A stretch of 63,944 bases of DNA, the filler included, from Folioceros fuciformis (taxonomy: Eukaryota): assembly GCA_049999805.1 (NCBI GenBank). It is 11 parts of 11 records of this genome, joined end to end, with 100 filler letters (N's around TTAATTAATTAA, not from the genome) between each part and the next. Parts side by side here need not be neighbours in the genome. Positions count along the whole stretch, not along the records: positions 1 to 12,144 come from JBNGIO010003450.1; positions 12,245 to 21,922 come from JBNGIO010003451.1; positions 22,023 to 24,895 come from JBNGIO010003453.1; positions 24,996 to 27,765 come from JBNGIO010003454.1; 7 more parts are not named here. One strand, written 5' to 3'. A model generated the notes under the pieces. That model saw only the letters and a program-made list of their open reading frames with translations, was not told the origin of the DNA and made no database searches. Position numbers and translations under genes: made by a program. Shown here one piece after another: positions 11,528 through 27,865 of the stretch; position 1 is the stretch's first letter; every line of letters starts with the position of its first letter.

Positions 11528-11690
11528 GACCACACACACTGCTGCTGCTGTAGAGTGTAGTACACAAGTAGTGGACCACACACACTGCTGCTGCTATAGA
11601 GTGTAGTACACAAGTAGTGGACCACACACACTGCTGCTGCTGTAGAGTGTAGTACACAAGTAGTGGACCACACACACACACGCACACTGC
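11528..11690 (+). repeat. 46-bp tandem repeat, 3 full copies plus a partial copy
   Basis: Unit gaccacacacactgctgctgctgtagagtgtagtacacaagtagtg starts at 11528, 11574 and 11620. Confidence 0.95.
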
Positions 11691-12144
11691 TGTTGTCCAG
11701 GTATCTATCTGGCTGCTGGGGGAGCAAGGGTAGTTGCTTAACTATCAGGCTGTCTCCACAAGGCAAACTTATAGAAAATGCTCTTGACTTGGAAGATGGC
11801 ACCCGCCAACCCAAAGTACATAAAATAAAGTGTAGTACACAACATACTTGGTGTGGTACTTGGCAGTATCCGGCTTCCTAAGAGTTGGCCACCGCATGCG
11901 TGAGTAGCGCCATATAGGATCATATTTGTGGAAGCTCGGAGGAAGGCTCCCGGAGTGGAAACCGCGGTGCCGCAGGGACATATTAGTTACGGTTTTTGGT
12001 GGGACCCACCACAATCGTGGCGGTCACTACCAGTTGTGGAGTCAGTAACCGCGGTTGTAGGGAGGAAACCAGAGTTGTTGGACAGGGGCTGCGGTAGCTG
12101 GACCACCTAAGGATAGTAGTAGGTGAGTTAGTAGGTAGTAGGAG

Positions 12145-12244
12145 NNNNNNNNNNNNNNNNNNNNNNNNNNNNNNNNNNNNNNNNNNNNTTAATTAATTAA
12201 NNNNNNNNNNNNNNNNNNNNNNNNNNNNNNNNNNNNNNNNNNNN
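12145..12244. other. Artificial scaffold linker N-TTAATTAATTAA-N (12-mer at 12189). The 12-mer recurs at 21967, 24940, 27810, 37819, 40532, 48793, 57847, 61018 and 62352
   Basis: An identical six-frame-stop 12-mer sits inside N runs ten times, and genes are truncated at these points. Confidence 0.97.
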
Positions 12245-12552
12245 ACTCGGGACTTCGGCCCTGCTCGGGTTGCTGCTCGAGAGTAGATGGGACTTTCTCG
12301 TTTCGCGCGCAAGATAGTCATGACGAGTCTAGAATTGGGATTGAGATAGATCCCCGGGGTTCCAGATTTCAGGTATACACAACAGCTAGCGTTTTAAGTG
12401 ACTTGGCGATAAAGGGGACTAGTCGAGCACATGAATACGGTGGTACAACTATGCTTGCTGCAGATCATGATGACTCCTGGAGTCCATGAGCATGGCTGGA
12501 CGACTAAAAAGGGATAGCGAGCCCATCGATCTAAAACGACCACAGAGACCTT

Positions 12553-15407
<2,855 letters not shown>

Positions 15408-15570
15408 GACGACCCAACCTTGTCATCTTCGCCACCACACCTGCTCCTCTTGGTATCCCTCCACCCGCACAGCAGCAGCGGCAGCAGGAGCAGAGGCACC
15501 GCATTTGGCCACGCACTCCTCCGCCTCCTCCCCCTGAAGCCGGCCTGCCAGCAGCATACGGGAAGACTAC

Positions 15571-15650
15571 TTCTTACCGCCCACAAAAACTCTCTACCGC
15601 CCACAAAACCTCTCTACCGCGCACAAACACTCTCTACCGCCCACCAAACC
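15571..15650 (+). repeat. Approx. 20-bp imperfect tandem repeat x4 in the CPK 5' leader
   Basis: The ctctctaccgcccacaaa-type unit is repeated. Confidence 0.8.
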
Positions 15651-16308
15651 TCACTTCGTCCTCACCACCGCTCTCACGCAGCTCGGAGGGGTCGAGAACA
15701 GTCCGAAGTGATACGCGAGCAGAGGAGTGTGGGGTCGTCCAATCCCGTCCCAGTATGTATCATGGCCTGCAGGATCTGCAAGCGAGCCAGTCTCTCCTAC
15801 AGACAGACACCCACAAAAGGGAGTCAGTCAGCAGGCAGGCAGGGTGGCAGACGCACGAACCAGCGGCCACAGGGGGGGAAGGTGGCACGAAAGCGCAGCC
15901 CCAAGTCGGCACCTCCGACCCAGCCTCGTCGTTACCTCAGCTCGGCAACAGCAAGTGCGATGGAAAAAGGAGATGGGTCAACCTGGCCACCCAGCTCCAG
16001 CTCCAGGTCCAGCGCCAACGCCAACGCCAGCGCCAGCGCCGATATCATCTCCAGCTGCCTTCCCTCCTGGTTAAAACATGCCATAAATAGCAACCTCGAC
16101 GCGCATTCATCCAATCATCCCGGACCCGACTCCTCCCATCCATCTCCCCCTTGTTCCACTTCCCCCCCTCCAACCCCACCATTTACCATTTCATCATTTT
16201 ACGTTTAATTTAATCCAATCTAATATACTCAACTTCCAAGTTAATCATGCATGCCGAGGAAGCATAAATGCATGCATCACTAATCTGCCTTCAGGACTGG
16301 TCCTCGTC

Positions 16309-16374
16309 TTAGATCCCTCTATCCCTAGGGTTGGCTCCAGCCCCTTCTTCTTAGATCCCTCTATCCCTAGGGTT
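16309..16374 (+). repeat. Direct repeat (42-bp period) in degenerate transposon-like intergenic DNA
   Basis: cttagatccctctatccctagggtt occurs twice. Confidence 0.75.
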
Positions 16375-17986
16375 AGCTTGAGCACGCTTATGCTCACCCT
16401 CAAATACGGGAACCAGTCATGGCCTTGCATCTTTGCTTTCTGAATTGCACCATCCTCTTTTGCTTCTGTAGCTTAGTCTAGCCTTTGGCCTGCTAGGTCC
16501 CAACATGCACCTCTTAATTGCTGATTGTGTGGTGGGTAGGCAATTAATTTCTACATATTACATGACATGACTTGTTAGCAACACCATATCTTCCTCAACC
16601 AAGGAGAGCAACTTCTTTCCTTAGGGAGCATCCTGGTAATTTACTCCAAGCAAACCTTTTCTTAGGCACATGAAGTAAATTAGGTTTAACAATAAATATG
16701 GTAATCACTAACCCCACTTGAGATTCTCTTGAGAAGCAAATGATCCTCAGCCCTCCAAAATGAGGAAGGTTTGAAGTACACCTCTTTGCACTAGGACCAG
16801 AACTTCATCCCCCTTACCATTGAGACAAGTACAGTGTTGAGCAAGGGCCTTCCAATATCGTTCAGATTTGTATTAAGTAACAATAGTACTTAATACAATC
16901 CTTAGTACCATGTGGCCATGACACTACCATAGCCACATGTGTGGGAGTGGTCCATCCTGTTCTTACATTAAAACATTCGACAAACAAGCTTTTGATGAAC
17001 TGGCCAACATAATGTACAAGTCAATGGCGAGTGGAGGTCAAGTTCAATCTATCTCTAAAGGGAACCCTAAACCCTAAAGAGGAAGGAGAGAGAAAAAAAC
17101 CCATCTATCGTATTGCAAGGGACCAATCCCTAGCTTAACAATCCTCAACATTCAATACTCCCATTCCAAGGAGTAGTCCCTGGCCCCTCTGCCATGTGTG
17201 AGATTTAGTACAAGAGGTCAGACTATTACTTCAATTTAGTTAGATTTAAATAGAATTATGACATTTCAGCCGAACATTCCTTCCTCCCTTCCCTTAGAGC
17301 GTCGTCGTCGTCAATGGTCAAGGACTGAAGGAGCCTTGGCCTGCCTTTTCAACAGAGGTCGTCCAACGAGGACGATCCGATTATTGGTAGTATGGTGCTG
17401 GTGATGCAACCTGGCCAGATTTCACCGGACTTCTTTTCTGGGATGCTCCTTATAATATCCATTACTTAATCACGCTTTAACTGGAGCGGTCACAAGTGGC
17501 GGCCGGGTAGAAACCGGGTCCACGAACCAGACGGGGGACAACGTGGGTAGGCGTGTTCTTATCCACACGGGGCGGTACCAGAATAAATGAACTCCATTTG
17601 TTACATCTCCGGCACCTGTCCTAGCTTCCAGTCTGTGATCGAAAGTTGTGCATGATAACCGTCTGTCCAGGAAAGGGAAGGAAAGAATATGTACAAGAGA
17701 AACCCCAGGGTGTCTGTGCAGGTCCGTCGTCTCATGCTTTGGTCATGGACGCAAACAAGACGAGCTGGAGATACCTCTGGGACAGGCTGGGTGTTGCAAT
17801 CCTCAGCCGGGAAGGACTAGCTAGGGAAAGGAACGGCAGAAGCGGGACGTCATTGATGTGAGAGATTTGTCATTGTTGGTGCACTACGACGCTGGCACCC
17901 CTGCGTGGTGTCCCGTACGCCAATGCGCAGAACACGTTTCCTGCACGGAAGTTGGAATGCTCGGGTGCTGGATTAGCAGCGGTGAG

Positions 17987-20900
17987 TCATATACGGGAAT
18001 ATTTCTTGCCCTCCGCGTGTTCCCACATGTTGGCTTCCACCCAGTCGTGGACGATGGGGCCGAGAAAGCTTTTGGGAATACCCAAGGAGTCGACAAGGGA
18101 GAGAGCGTGAGGCCGAACTTCCTTGCACAGCGCCGTGATCTCCTTGTGAGTGGCTTGGGACTGGGAGGGTGTGACGTACCCGTATCTGCGAGGGCAAGGC
18201 AAGAGTGGGTGAGGAACGGTCCCAAGAGCGAGAGTCAGGGTCGAGGGGGAGGGGACAGGGGTTGTTGTGGGTACCTGAGGAAGACGGGGTCTTCGTCCAT
18301 GATGGACACCACGTAGAGAGTCCTCAGCAGGCCCAGGACATCCTGCGTGCATTTCGAGGTTGCGTTGTCGGTGTTGATGCCGTGAACCGAGATTTGTGGG
18401 TCATATCAGGAGAGGGACTGGTGATCTTACCTTTATTGGACCTGATCGGGCATCTTCTGCGGTGATGCAGCAGTGGAGGACAGACCTTTCTGAGTATGCT
18501 CGACCCAGAGCCTCTGCCAGTTGGTAGGTCTGGTCGAAACAGAAAGGAGACGTTAATTGATGAACAGGAGACGAAACATGAGGGAGAGAGAGAGAGACGC
18601 GAGTGAGCTTACATCGATTGCGGCATGGGCGAAAGGTCTCCCTGCCTTCACTAGGCTGTTGACGTCTGAGGCCAACCGTTCCAGGAGATCACGTTCCCGC
18701 AGTTGGAATAAGGCAACCTGTGGAGAAGGAGGTGTGCGGGTTTCCGGGATAAGCTGGTGAGTCACGTTGGGAGGCCAGCAGCACGGTGGCACACTTGAGA
18801 CAAATTTCTTACTTGGAAATTCTTGTCCCGTAAAACCTCCCTGGTGAAAGTAGCTGGAATCACTGGCTTGGGGCCGTTCATGTGCTCCATGCCCAGACTC
18901 TTGAGGGGAATCTGCTTCTTTTTGGCTGTCAAGTAGTCACCTAATAACGCCTTGCTCACCTGATGTGAATAAACTGAGAATCGTCAGGACAAGAAGATCG
19001 ATGCAGGAACATCGTCATATCTGCTACTGATATACCTGCTGCATCAAGACATTGTTGTCCCCTTCGAATGTCAGCTGAACATCGTATTCAGCTTTCAGCT
19101 GTCCGATCCTGTTGTCGGTCTTCAGCCCCTGACCACCGCAAGCTTCACGACACTCCTGCACCAGGAAGGTAAAATCAGGAGGATGCACACCAGCAAAACT
19201 GGTTGGATCAGGGCGTGCCACGGCCAGAATTGAGGGAAAGTGAGACGTACCTGGAGACTTCGAATGTTGTGCCAGGAGAACATGGCTTTGTATCCACTTG
19301 ACACGACATGGATGGTTTTGGCATCGGATGGGCGTCTACGAATGTATATCTGCTTCAGATCATTGGCAGCAAAGCTCATGGCGTATCTGTGCATGCCAGT
19401 AAGCACCCGTTATGAGGAACCGAGGTAAAAGCTGCTTGCACAACCCAGAGAAAGGAGGTGACAACGGAACTGGTCTCACGTTTTGGCTAACAAGGGCAGC
19501 AAGCGACGTTGATGGCTGGGATAGTCCAGGAGCAGCGTCTCTTCAGCATCAGGTGCCAAGGAAAATGCTCTGCGAGTCAATCCATAACGAATGGCAGTAG
19601 CTACACCAATCTGAACAGCCAGATCCAGATATCAGCACCAAAACAATAGAGGGCAGGCAATAAACCATGGGTCATACCTATGCCATGTATGTGAAGGGTT
19701 GCACACCTTAGCCATGTATACAGCATTAGCTGCAATAGTGACACGTCCAGAAGTCAAGGGAGCCATAAACGCACCAAACCTCTGCGAACCAAAGACTGGT
19801 AGTATGATCAGTGCCACTTCCATACCTTTCAAGGGACCAAGAGAACATGAGATATCAAACCAAGTAGTTGCATCACAGGACGCTTCTTCTAGTGACCCAT
19901 CCTGAGCTTCGAGTCTCACCTGGTCCGGATCTTTAATCGGACTCACGTACTGACCATCAGGCGTTACATCAGCCACTGAGTTCAGAAGATTTTCTCTTGG
20001 AACCCTCTTACGGTCAAACCTGCCCAACAGATTGAGACATCACTACACTTCCTTGCTACAGCAAAAGCATACGGTGTATGCATGTGAAACTTGATCAAGG
20101 TTACCAGACACGCCCATTGTCAACACCGTTGAGACCAATCTTGTGTCCACAGTCGGCAATACGAACCCCGGGCAGCACGTTACCCCTGTCGTCCCTGATT
20201 TGTACAATGAATGCATGCACACCTTGGTTCCTCCCATTAATTTCAAGCTGGGAGAAGACGATTGTGTGCGTCGAGTGCTGTGCAGAGACAGAGAGCGACT
20301 CTAAAACCAGGTGCAAACTAACCCACAAAATCATAAATCGCAAGTAGAGACTGCTTGGATTCACAAAGCCACGAGCTTCTGCCTGTGTACCTACCAGAGC
20401 GGCACCACCAATCCAGTACTTCTGGGCGGACTCACAAGGAGTGTTAATTATAAACTCTTGTGTTGCTGAGTCATAGGTTGTAACCGTCTCGATCCCACGT
20501 ACCTGTGCAGCTGCGGAGTCAGACAACACGAACAGTAGAAGCAAAAACCTAATCACGAGATACCACAACAGCCAGACTTACATTACTCCCATGCCCAAGC
20601 TCACTCATGGAGAAAGATCCCACGACACCAAAGTTCTCAGTAAGCTCCAGCCATTTGTCATGGTGCCTTTTAGTACCGAGAAACTGAACAGCTCCTCCCC
20701 TACAAGGCCCAAACCGGTCAGCAAAACCGCAGCATCTTCCACCATTCCCCTCCCTGTCCAGCAGCACAGCTGAACACACATCTTGCAAGTCCTTCAAACT
20801 TCCAACCAAAGACAAACCCCTTGGAATCGCATACCAGAGGTGAAAGTGAACTCCCAGCTTGATGGCAAGGGAATGGTCGTAGATGGACAAGCACTCATGC

Positions 20901-21460
20901 TGGGCCTGCCTGCGTGCGTTATCCTCCGGAGTATCCCTCGTCCAGTTCCTGAAAACTCCTCTATCCCTGAGGAAAAAAATTCTCTTCAACGTTTTCTCCC
21001 TCTGCACTTCCATGGGCTCGTTGTGGTCCGGGAAAACGTATACAGTATCTGCTATCTTTTTCAACCGGAAGAGCTCACTACTAGCCATAAGTTCAAACAC
21101 ACGATCACGATCCTCCAAATTGTGCCCATCCATCAACTGCCTCATCTTCGAGACATCAAACACTGCAAAATGCACACAGAAAAAACGCCACGCCCGGCAG
21201 TCAGGCCCTCTCCCGAGTTTCAAACCTGCTCTTCATTCCGATCCACCACACACAGCAAAATCCTACTCCCATCCGTCGCAGGCATCACCCCCACATCCTC
21301 AGACTCCAGAGATTAAACCGCACACACCTGAAACACCCTTCGGAGGATCGTACTGGAGACACACACTCCTCCACAAGCATGTCGGAGCCCCGCCATCCTC
21401 CCGCAGTTGCCTCTGCAGCACGCCTAATCTCCTAGTGAAAGAATTCCCTCCCACCTCCAT
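17987..21460 (-). CDS. ACX: Peroxisomal acyl-CoA oxidase (ACX3-like), multi-exon
   Basis: N-terminal PTS2 RLGVLQRQL, KLGVHFHLW, FSMSELGHGSN, AQKYWIGG, GLNGVDNG, CREACGGQG and catalytic TFEGDNNVLMQQ. Confidence 0.95.
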
Positions 21461-22022
21461 GTTCCCTCGAATTCCACACCGCCGGCACCCCTCCCAGAAC
21501 CCTGACTCCCACCGGCACACCTCCCTCGGTGACTACACCCCTGCTGGCCGCTCCCAAGGCCTGAGACTGGGAAGTTCCGTTCCGTGTACAAGAAACAAGC
21601 ACCAACACCAGGGGATATCCAAGCTCCTCCGAGCGCAATTGTAGCGGGAGTTCCCAATCATTTAGCGTGGAGTGACACGGCCCGCCCGGATTGGGAGGCA
21701 AATTCGGCTACGAAGGCGGGGTCGTGACAGAAAACAGCTACATGGGTCGGTGAACTCTCTCACACGCCTTCGGCAGCGAACCATCCCGCGACCTCACCAC
21801 CCCGCGCTGAAAATTGTATGTATTGACAACTTGGGACTTTGTACACGTAGAAAAGAACTGATCTTCTTATTTTATTTTAGCGTGGACTGGATAACTGATA
21901 AAATCATTTTTCAACATCGGGCNNNNNNNNNNNNNNNNNNNNNNNNNNNNNNNNNNNNNNNNNNNNTTAATTAATTAANNNNNNNNNNNNNNNNNNNNNN
22001 NNNNNNNNNNNNNNNNNNNNNN

Positions 22023-22130
22023 TGGATTTTTGCACACAATGTGTTTCATGTATCTATGTTGAAACCATTTGTGCCAGGCAAAGAGAAAGAGGACATGAAC
22101 AGGAAGAAGTACAGTATCCTCGTGCAGCAT
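22023..22130 (+). mobile_element. Ty3/gypsy integrase C-terminal (GPY/F) fragment
   Basis: Translates AHNVFHVSMLKPFVPGKE. Confidence 0.7.
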
Positions 22131-22384
22131 TTGGCAGCGGATGTTTTATACCCTAATAATGTTCAAAAATAACCTTTTTCACACTGCTCTCAAGCAACTA
22201 GGCTCTTTAGGGTTCCAATACTTGGTTTCTAATGATACACCATCCTTGATCAAACACATTTGTTCTAGGGATCAAAAAGGCTTTAGGCACATAATGAAGT
22301 GCAAACACTTTTGGAGTTTAGGTGTTGTTACCGTAGTTAGGGCTGCCCATTAGCAAACATAGCTCGTGTTGAATGCTATAAACC

Positions 22385-22820
22385 TTGAATTCCTCTTGAT
22401 GCATGTTGCTCCTCTTCCTCCTTGCTATCTTCCTCATCCTCTTGTTCCTCCTCCGCTACGTCTGTCTTATTCTTCCTCATGCTCTTGTTCTTTCTCCTTT
22501 GTGCCTTTCTTGTTCTTTTTCATCCTTTTTGTTCCTCTTGTGAGCCTTTCTTGTTCCTCCTCATGTGTGCCTTTTTTGTTCCTCCACCTTTAGGCCTTTG
22601 GTGCTCTTCCTCGTCCTCTACCCCTTTCTTGTGCTTCCTCATACTCTTGTTCCTCCTCCTCTGTACCTTTCTTGTTCTCCTTTGTAGTCTAGATCCTTCT
22701 CCTCATTATCCTCTTCCTCCTTAGCCTCCTTCTTCCAATTGTTAGCATGCCCCTCATCATCCTCTTCCCCCTTCTTAGCCTCCTTCTTCCCCGGGCTAAG
22801 TTGCCTCTCCTCAACCTTAT
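22385..22820. repeat. Pyrimidine-rich low-complexity tract (degenerate cttgttcctc units), probably transposon-derived
   Basis: Repeated cttgttcctc and cttcctc motifs, with no long intact ORF. Confidence 0.7.
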
Positions 22821-24995
22821 CTGTTTAATGAGGAGTGTATGAAAAAGTTTCCATGGAAGTATGTCTTGTGTGCACATATTGCTCCACACCACTCGTGTGT
22901 CAAGGTTATGGTGACTTCATATTGCTTTTTATTTACTAAAATGTTATCAAATAATCTTTAAAAGGTTTAGCCGGTGAGTGTTGTCACGTAGATACATACA
23001 TATATACCAAGGACAAAGTTAATACCGACTGGATGGGGCACTGTGCGTTGCAGTGTGTCTTACGTGGTCTGCCTTTGCGAGTGGCTGGCCAAAAATGGAC
23101 ATGCTGTATGTACAGTCACTCCTGGCTGTTTGTCTGGTCTGTGGGAAAAAGGGAAGCCGATGCCCTGGAATAGCAGCAGCCATAAGTGAACGTTCCCAGC
23201 AAACGAAAGTCCCCACCCCCTTGGGAAGTGGGGGGAAACTTTGCAGGGACGAGAGCAGTACTTTGGTGCATTCGTGAGTGGCTACGATGGAAGGGATCTG
23301 GAAACAGCAGTCAGTACCAGTGGGCTAGGATCTAGGATTGTGTCATGTCTTGGCGCGGGTGTCAGGTCTAATCGAGGAATTTCGAGGCCGTGATTGGCTG
23401 GGTGTCCAGGGACCCCATGTGCTGCCATGGCGCCGGCCATGGCAGGCCTCATCAGCCGTGCTCATGTTACTGACAGTTGGACAGTTGGCTGTTCGGACAC
23501 TTGGTGGCCATGACCATACGGCGGACAGTTCATCTCCACAGGTCCACATGTAGCTTCCTCAAGGACCTGATACGATCCTCTGTAACCCGAGCTGGACTTA
23601 CACGCGGGAGAGGCTCTTTTGCGCCTGGCAGGAGTCAGACCACTCTCTCCTTTGCAGAAATCTCATTGGTTGTGAAGAGTTTTTCAAAATCGAACCTGTC
23701 GTGGAGAAGTACCACAGGCCGTGTCCTACAANNNNNNNNNNNNNNNNNNNNNNNNNNNNNNNNNNNNNNNNNNNNNNNNNNNNNNNNNNNNNNNNNNNNN
23801 NNNNNNNNNNNNNNNNNNNNNNNNNNNNNNNCTACAACAGAGAGCAAGCTGTCATCGATACAACATGCATCAAGCCAGCACGCAACTCGACAAAACGGAA
23901 GAAGCAAGCGAGCAGAGAAAGCTCGGGTAGTCAAGATCGCAGACACAGGGCTTGAGCTAGGGTTTGATCTTGAACGCAGGGGTGGAAGCGAGGGTTTGAT
24001 TAGAAGAATGCGTACCAGTCGTTCGACATTGCAGACTGTGGGAAGCGTGTGCCACAGTCCACGAGATGACTGCTTCTGGGAACCTAGGAATCGATTAGGC
24101 AGTGGTGAGCAAGAAATGGTGGCCAAGAGCTGGCGTTGGCGGCAGTCGCAGGCCGCGGGAGAGGAGAGCGCAAGAAACGGTGCTGGAGGTGGGGTAGGCC
24201 AGGCGCTGGCTTCGGTGGCAGGCACAGCACGCTGGAGGTCGTGGATGGCAGTTAGAGACAATGAGGTAGAGATTTAGAGAAGGCGGGGAATTGAGGAGAG
24301 GGAGAAGGCCGCTTTACGGTGGTCTCTACATGTAGGGAGACACTCGTAGACCACACAATGTCATTTTACTTCAGGTGAAATGATGTTAGGATTGCAAGTC
24401 TGCATCGAAATTTTTCAGAAAGAATTCAAAAAACAGCTTTAAGCCCGCGGCTAAAAAGTGTTTGCCGAGGGTTCACGTGTTGGTGTACGCAGTGGAGAGG
24501 AAGAGACAGAGTGGCAGCGCTGGGGACCACTGCGCTAACCCGGTGTGTTTGCTGCCTTGGCATTTCAGGCCCGTTTTGGATTCCGGTCCAACTCTCGTGA
24601 TCCACGTTTGGCTGCCTGCCGCGGGTTGCCGAACATTGCTTCCCGCCTTCCGCCTTACGGCTTCGCTTGTTCCCAGCGCTGCACTCTCCGCCCTGCTGCA
24701 TTCCTCGGGGAGTGCTGGGAAGCCGGGGTAGTGCCCGTCTGAATCTGAGTGGTGAAGCCTGAAGGAGGAGGAGGAGAAGGGGAGGGGAACGGCGGTGGAG
24801 GCAGGGGCTGGCCCCTTGCAGCGCGGGGGCTTGTGAGGCGCTGCTTGCGGTGCAGGAGGGATCGCGGGATTTGCCACCCGGAGTAGGACGGGGGGNNNNN
24901 NNNNNNNNNNNNNNNNNNNNNNNNNNNNNNNNNNNNNNNTTAATTAATTAANNNNNNNNNNNNNNNNNNNNNNNNNNNNNNNNNNNNNNNNNNNN

Positions 24996-25850
24996 TAAGC
25001 TGGATTAGCACTAATTAATCTCAACATTAATCATGCTTAACAATTACAACAAGAGATCCAATTCGCTATCCATGGAAAAGCCTTTTGAGGCAGAATCTGA
25101 ATCGCACTCAAGCGATTCCACAAGGTAGAAGGTCATATGACAACATCCTAGCAAATAAGCCGCTGTTAGGTACGAAGAATTGTTCCCCTTTGTTCAGGTC
25201 CATTTGGAGTAGCTTCCTAGAAGTCGAGTCTCTACTGATGCCGACCCTTCCTTTGAACATGGATGATGTCTAAGGTACCCCCCTACAAGGCTTTCTGAGG
25301 TTATGGGTGCTAGAGTTTGTGTCGCAAGTGTTCTGCTCGCAAATTTTTGGAGGTGCTAGTTGCCAAGGGGAACAAGGTTGAGGGTTGCTGGAAAGAGGNN
25401 NNNNNNNNNNNNNNNNNNNNNNNNNNNNNNNNNNNNNNNNNNNNNNNNNNNNNNNNNNNNNNNNNNNNNNNNNNNNNNNNNNNNNNNNNNNNNNNNNNGG
25501 TCAAGGAGGATTGGGGAGCCTATGGCATGGATGATTGGAGGGGAGACGAGGACATTGAAAACTAGGAGGTTTCTATGGAACTCGATCGGGCACTTATGCT
25601 TCCATGTAAATAGGGGATGAAGGCTCAAGGTCCTTTAGGGTGGTTTCACGAGAGGGATTCTTGGAAAAGCAATGTAGGAGAGGAAGACATCTTTCTCGAC
25701 AGTCCTTGTGCCCCATTACAGTCTTGACCATATTGATGCGGGCAAGACAGTGACTTACCCAAGAAGAGAAAAATGCTCACTTAGCTTCTATGGAGTGAAA
25801 TTCTGTGTCTAGGGACACAATGAGGCCCACATTTGCCCTCTATGTTGTTA
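24996..25850 (+). mobile_element. Degenerate LINE-like ORF2 3' region
   Basis: Stop-interrupted frames (SPLFRSIWSSF..., RFLWNSI...) resemble the region after RT and the zf-RVT region of plant LINEs. Confidence 0.4.
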
Positions 25851-25944
25851 TAGTCCTAGGTTTCGATGCCAAGGTAATAGTTTGTGTCAAGTTGTTCTAA
25901 ATTTACAACTTTTAGACTCTCTACTATCAGATCCTACCCGGACG

Positions 25945-27765
25945 CACTCCACCACCGTGCCTAAGTTCACCAGCGCTGTTCTTGACTTCGCTACCGTAGG
26001 GAGTTCCACCACCACCGTTCCTAACTTCACCATCGTAGGGAGTTCCACCACCGCCGTAGTGGACTCACCCACTGCGGTAGTGGATTCCGCCACCGTGGTG
26101 AGACCCACCTATTCGGCGCACACGCTCGCCACTGCTCCTGGATGACACTAGGTTTTTGGCCATGCCTGTGAAGGAGCTATGGCCTGTGCAGGCTGATTCT
26201 CATGCACACCCAGCCATTCTCGCATTATTCTACAACCAGATCTCACTGGTAGATGCAGATTAGGGCCAGCCACACCGCGGCACCTGTTTGCATCACTGAT
26301 TTTCCCACTCAATCTATCAGCAATCTTCCTCAACACTTCTCAATTTCAACCATACACACTTCTCACACACTCAATTCCCCCTCTTGAGCCACACAGACTC
26401 CTCCTTGAGCCACACAAACTCCTCATAGAGATTGAACACGGCATGGTTAGACAGCAGAGTGAGGAAGGGAAAAATCACAGCCAGACGGCTCACAAGAGTT
26501 TTGCAAAACTCGCGCTCCCTCTCGGCTTTCTAGGGGTTCACGAAACTCGCATTCCCCCCTTGACCTTCTGTAGAAATTTCTCTCCCTCATAGATGCCTTC
26601 CACTAGCCGCACCAATCGCCCAAGGATCTTCCTAGTCCTCTTGTGATAAGGGGATAGCATGCCAAATCAGGCCTCCATCGATCGAATGTCTCCAACCCAC
26701 AACACACAAATTCAACACACGGAAGTTCATACCTGGAATTGTCTCTTGAGAGGGACGTGATCCCGCCTCTCATACAGCCGACCTTGGAGCACCATTACTG
26801 CCATAGCCTTTCAAAGTCTAAGGAAATAATTAAAGGTTCCTGGCACGTCTCTACGGTCAACACTACTTGGTTTAGACTTTATGAATTTTTTATCTTATAA
26901 TAAAAATCTAACCTAGTGTCTCCTAAACTATCGTGCCCGTCTCTGCTGTGGCCATCTCGGCCTTTGCTCTCTTGGAATCCCTCTGGCTCTTCTGCCCCGT
27001 CGCTGATCCGAAAGACCTTCTCATAATACCTCTACTTCGTTCTCACTATTCCCAGTCCTTTCCACTCTCCTAGGACTTCTCCCTGATTCTTCATCAATAG
27101 ATAGCCACACTGTGTAGTCCTCCACCCAAGCCCGCACCTCCCCTACGATCATCGCTTGCAAGCTCACATGTGAGGGGTACGCTCCGGCACCCATTCGCAA
27201 GAACCAGTGGTAACAGCCCGTGGCTATTAAAAAGTGCAGCCACTAGTTCCTGCCCCCTCTTGTTCCAACCACCACATACACATTCAGAGTGAGCACCCGC
27301 TCACCATACAATTGGAAGCTAGGGACATGGGTATCTTCATCCCTTCGTCGCAGTACAATGGGGCCCTCTACTGGAGAGGTCCTTAACCCTCCTCCCGTGG
27401 ACAATCCTGGGGTGGCTACCTTTTGTACTCCATGGGTGTTGAAGGCTCTTCTGTCACACTCTCATCGATGGCTGGCTCCCCTACCCCGTTCCTCCTTCCT
27501 CCACGGTTCCTTGCTTAGCTACCCCGGTGTTGGGGTCGGTAATCATGATCGATTCCACCACGGTTGTGGCTTTGGCAACTGCCATAGTGGAAACTTTCCC
27601 CTTCTTCGACCTCACTGCCTCGCTCTTAACTCTTGTCCTGGCCTCATCTCGCTCTCGCTTATACCTCTTGGCTAGCTTTTTAAATTTCTCCAATGCCGCA
27701 TGTGGAGGCAAAACCCCGGGCACTGATTGCCAACGGGTTCCACCTTTAGTGGCCACACTTATCCC
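25945..27765. mobile_element. Degenerate retrotransposon-like internal region with short tandem repeats
   Basis: Approx. 36-bp repeats (ccaccaccgt...gggagtt) at 25945-26100, a 22-bp repeat at about 26382-26425, and broken minus-strand ORFs. Confidence 0.4.
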
Positions 27766-27865
27766 NNNNNNNNNNNNNNNNNNNNNNNNNNNNNNNNNNN
27801 NNNNNNNNNTTAATTAATTAANNNNNNNNNNNNNNNNNNNNNNNNNNNNNNNNNNNNNNNNNNNN

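Noticed and set aside
11528..11690. Regular repeats (also 40287-40487 and 44469-44545) as CRISPR-like arrays
   Set aside because: The units are head-to-tail with no unique spacers, there are no cas genes, and the context is eukaryotic.
17063..17079. Telomere-like aaccctaaaccctaaa (also 36122) as a telomerase RNA template
   Set aside because: Only about two units, with no correctly spaced USE plus TATA promoter. Such short interstitial motifs are common.
17322..17336. miR319-like ggactgaaggagc, and miR536-like gtgccaagct at about 47754
   Set aside because: Partial matches only, with no fold-back partner arm seen.
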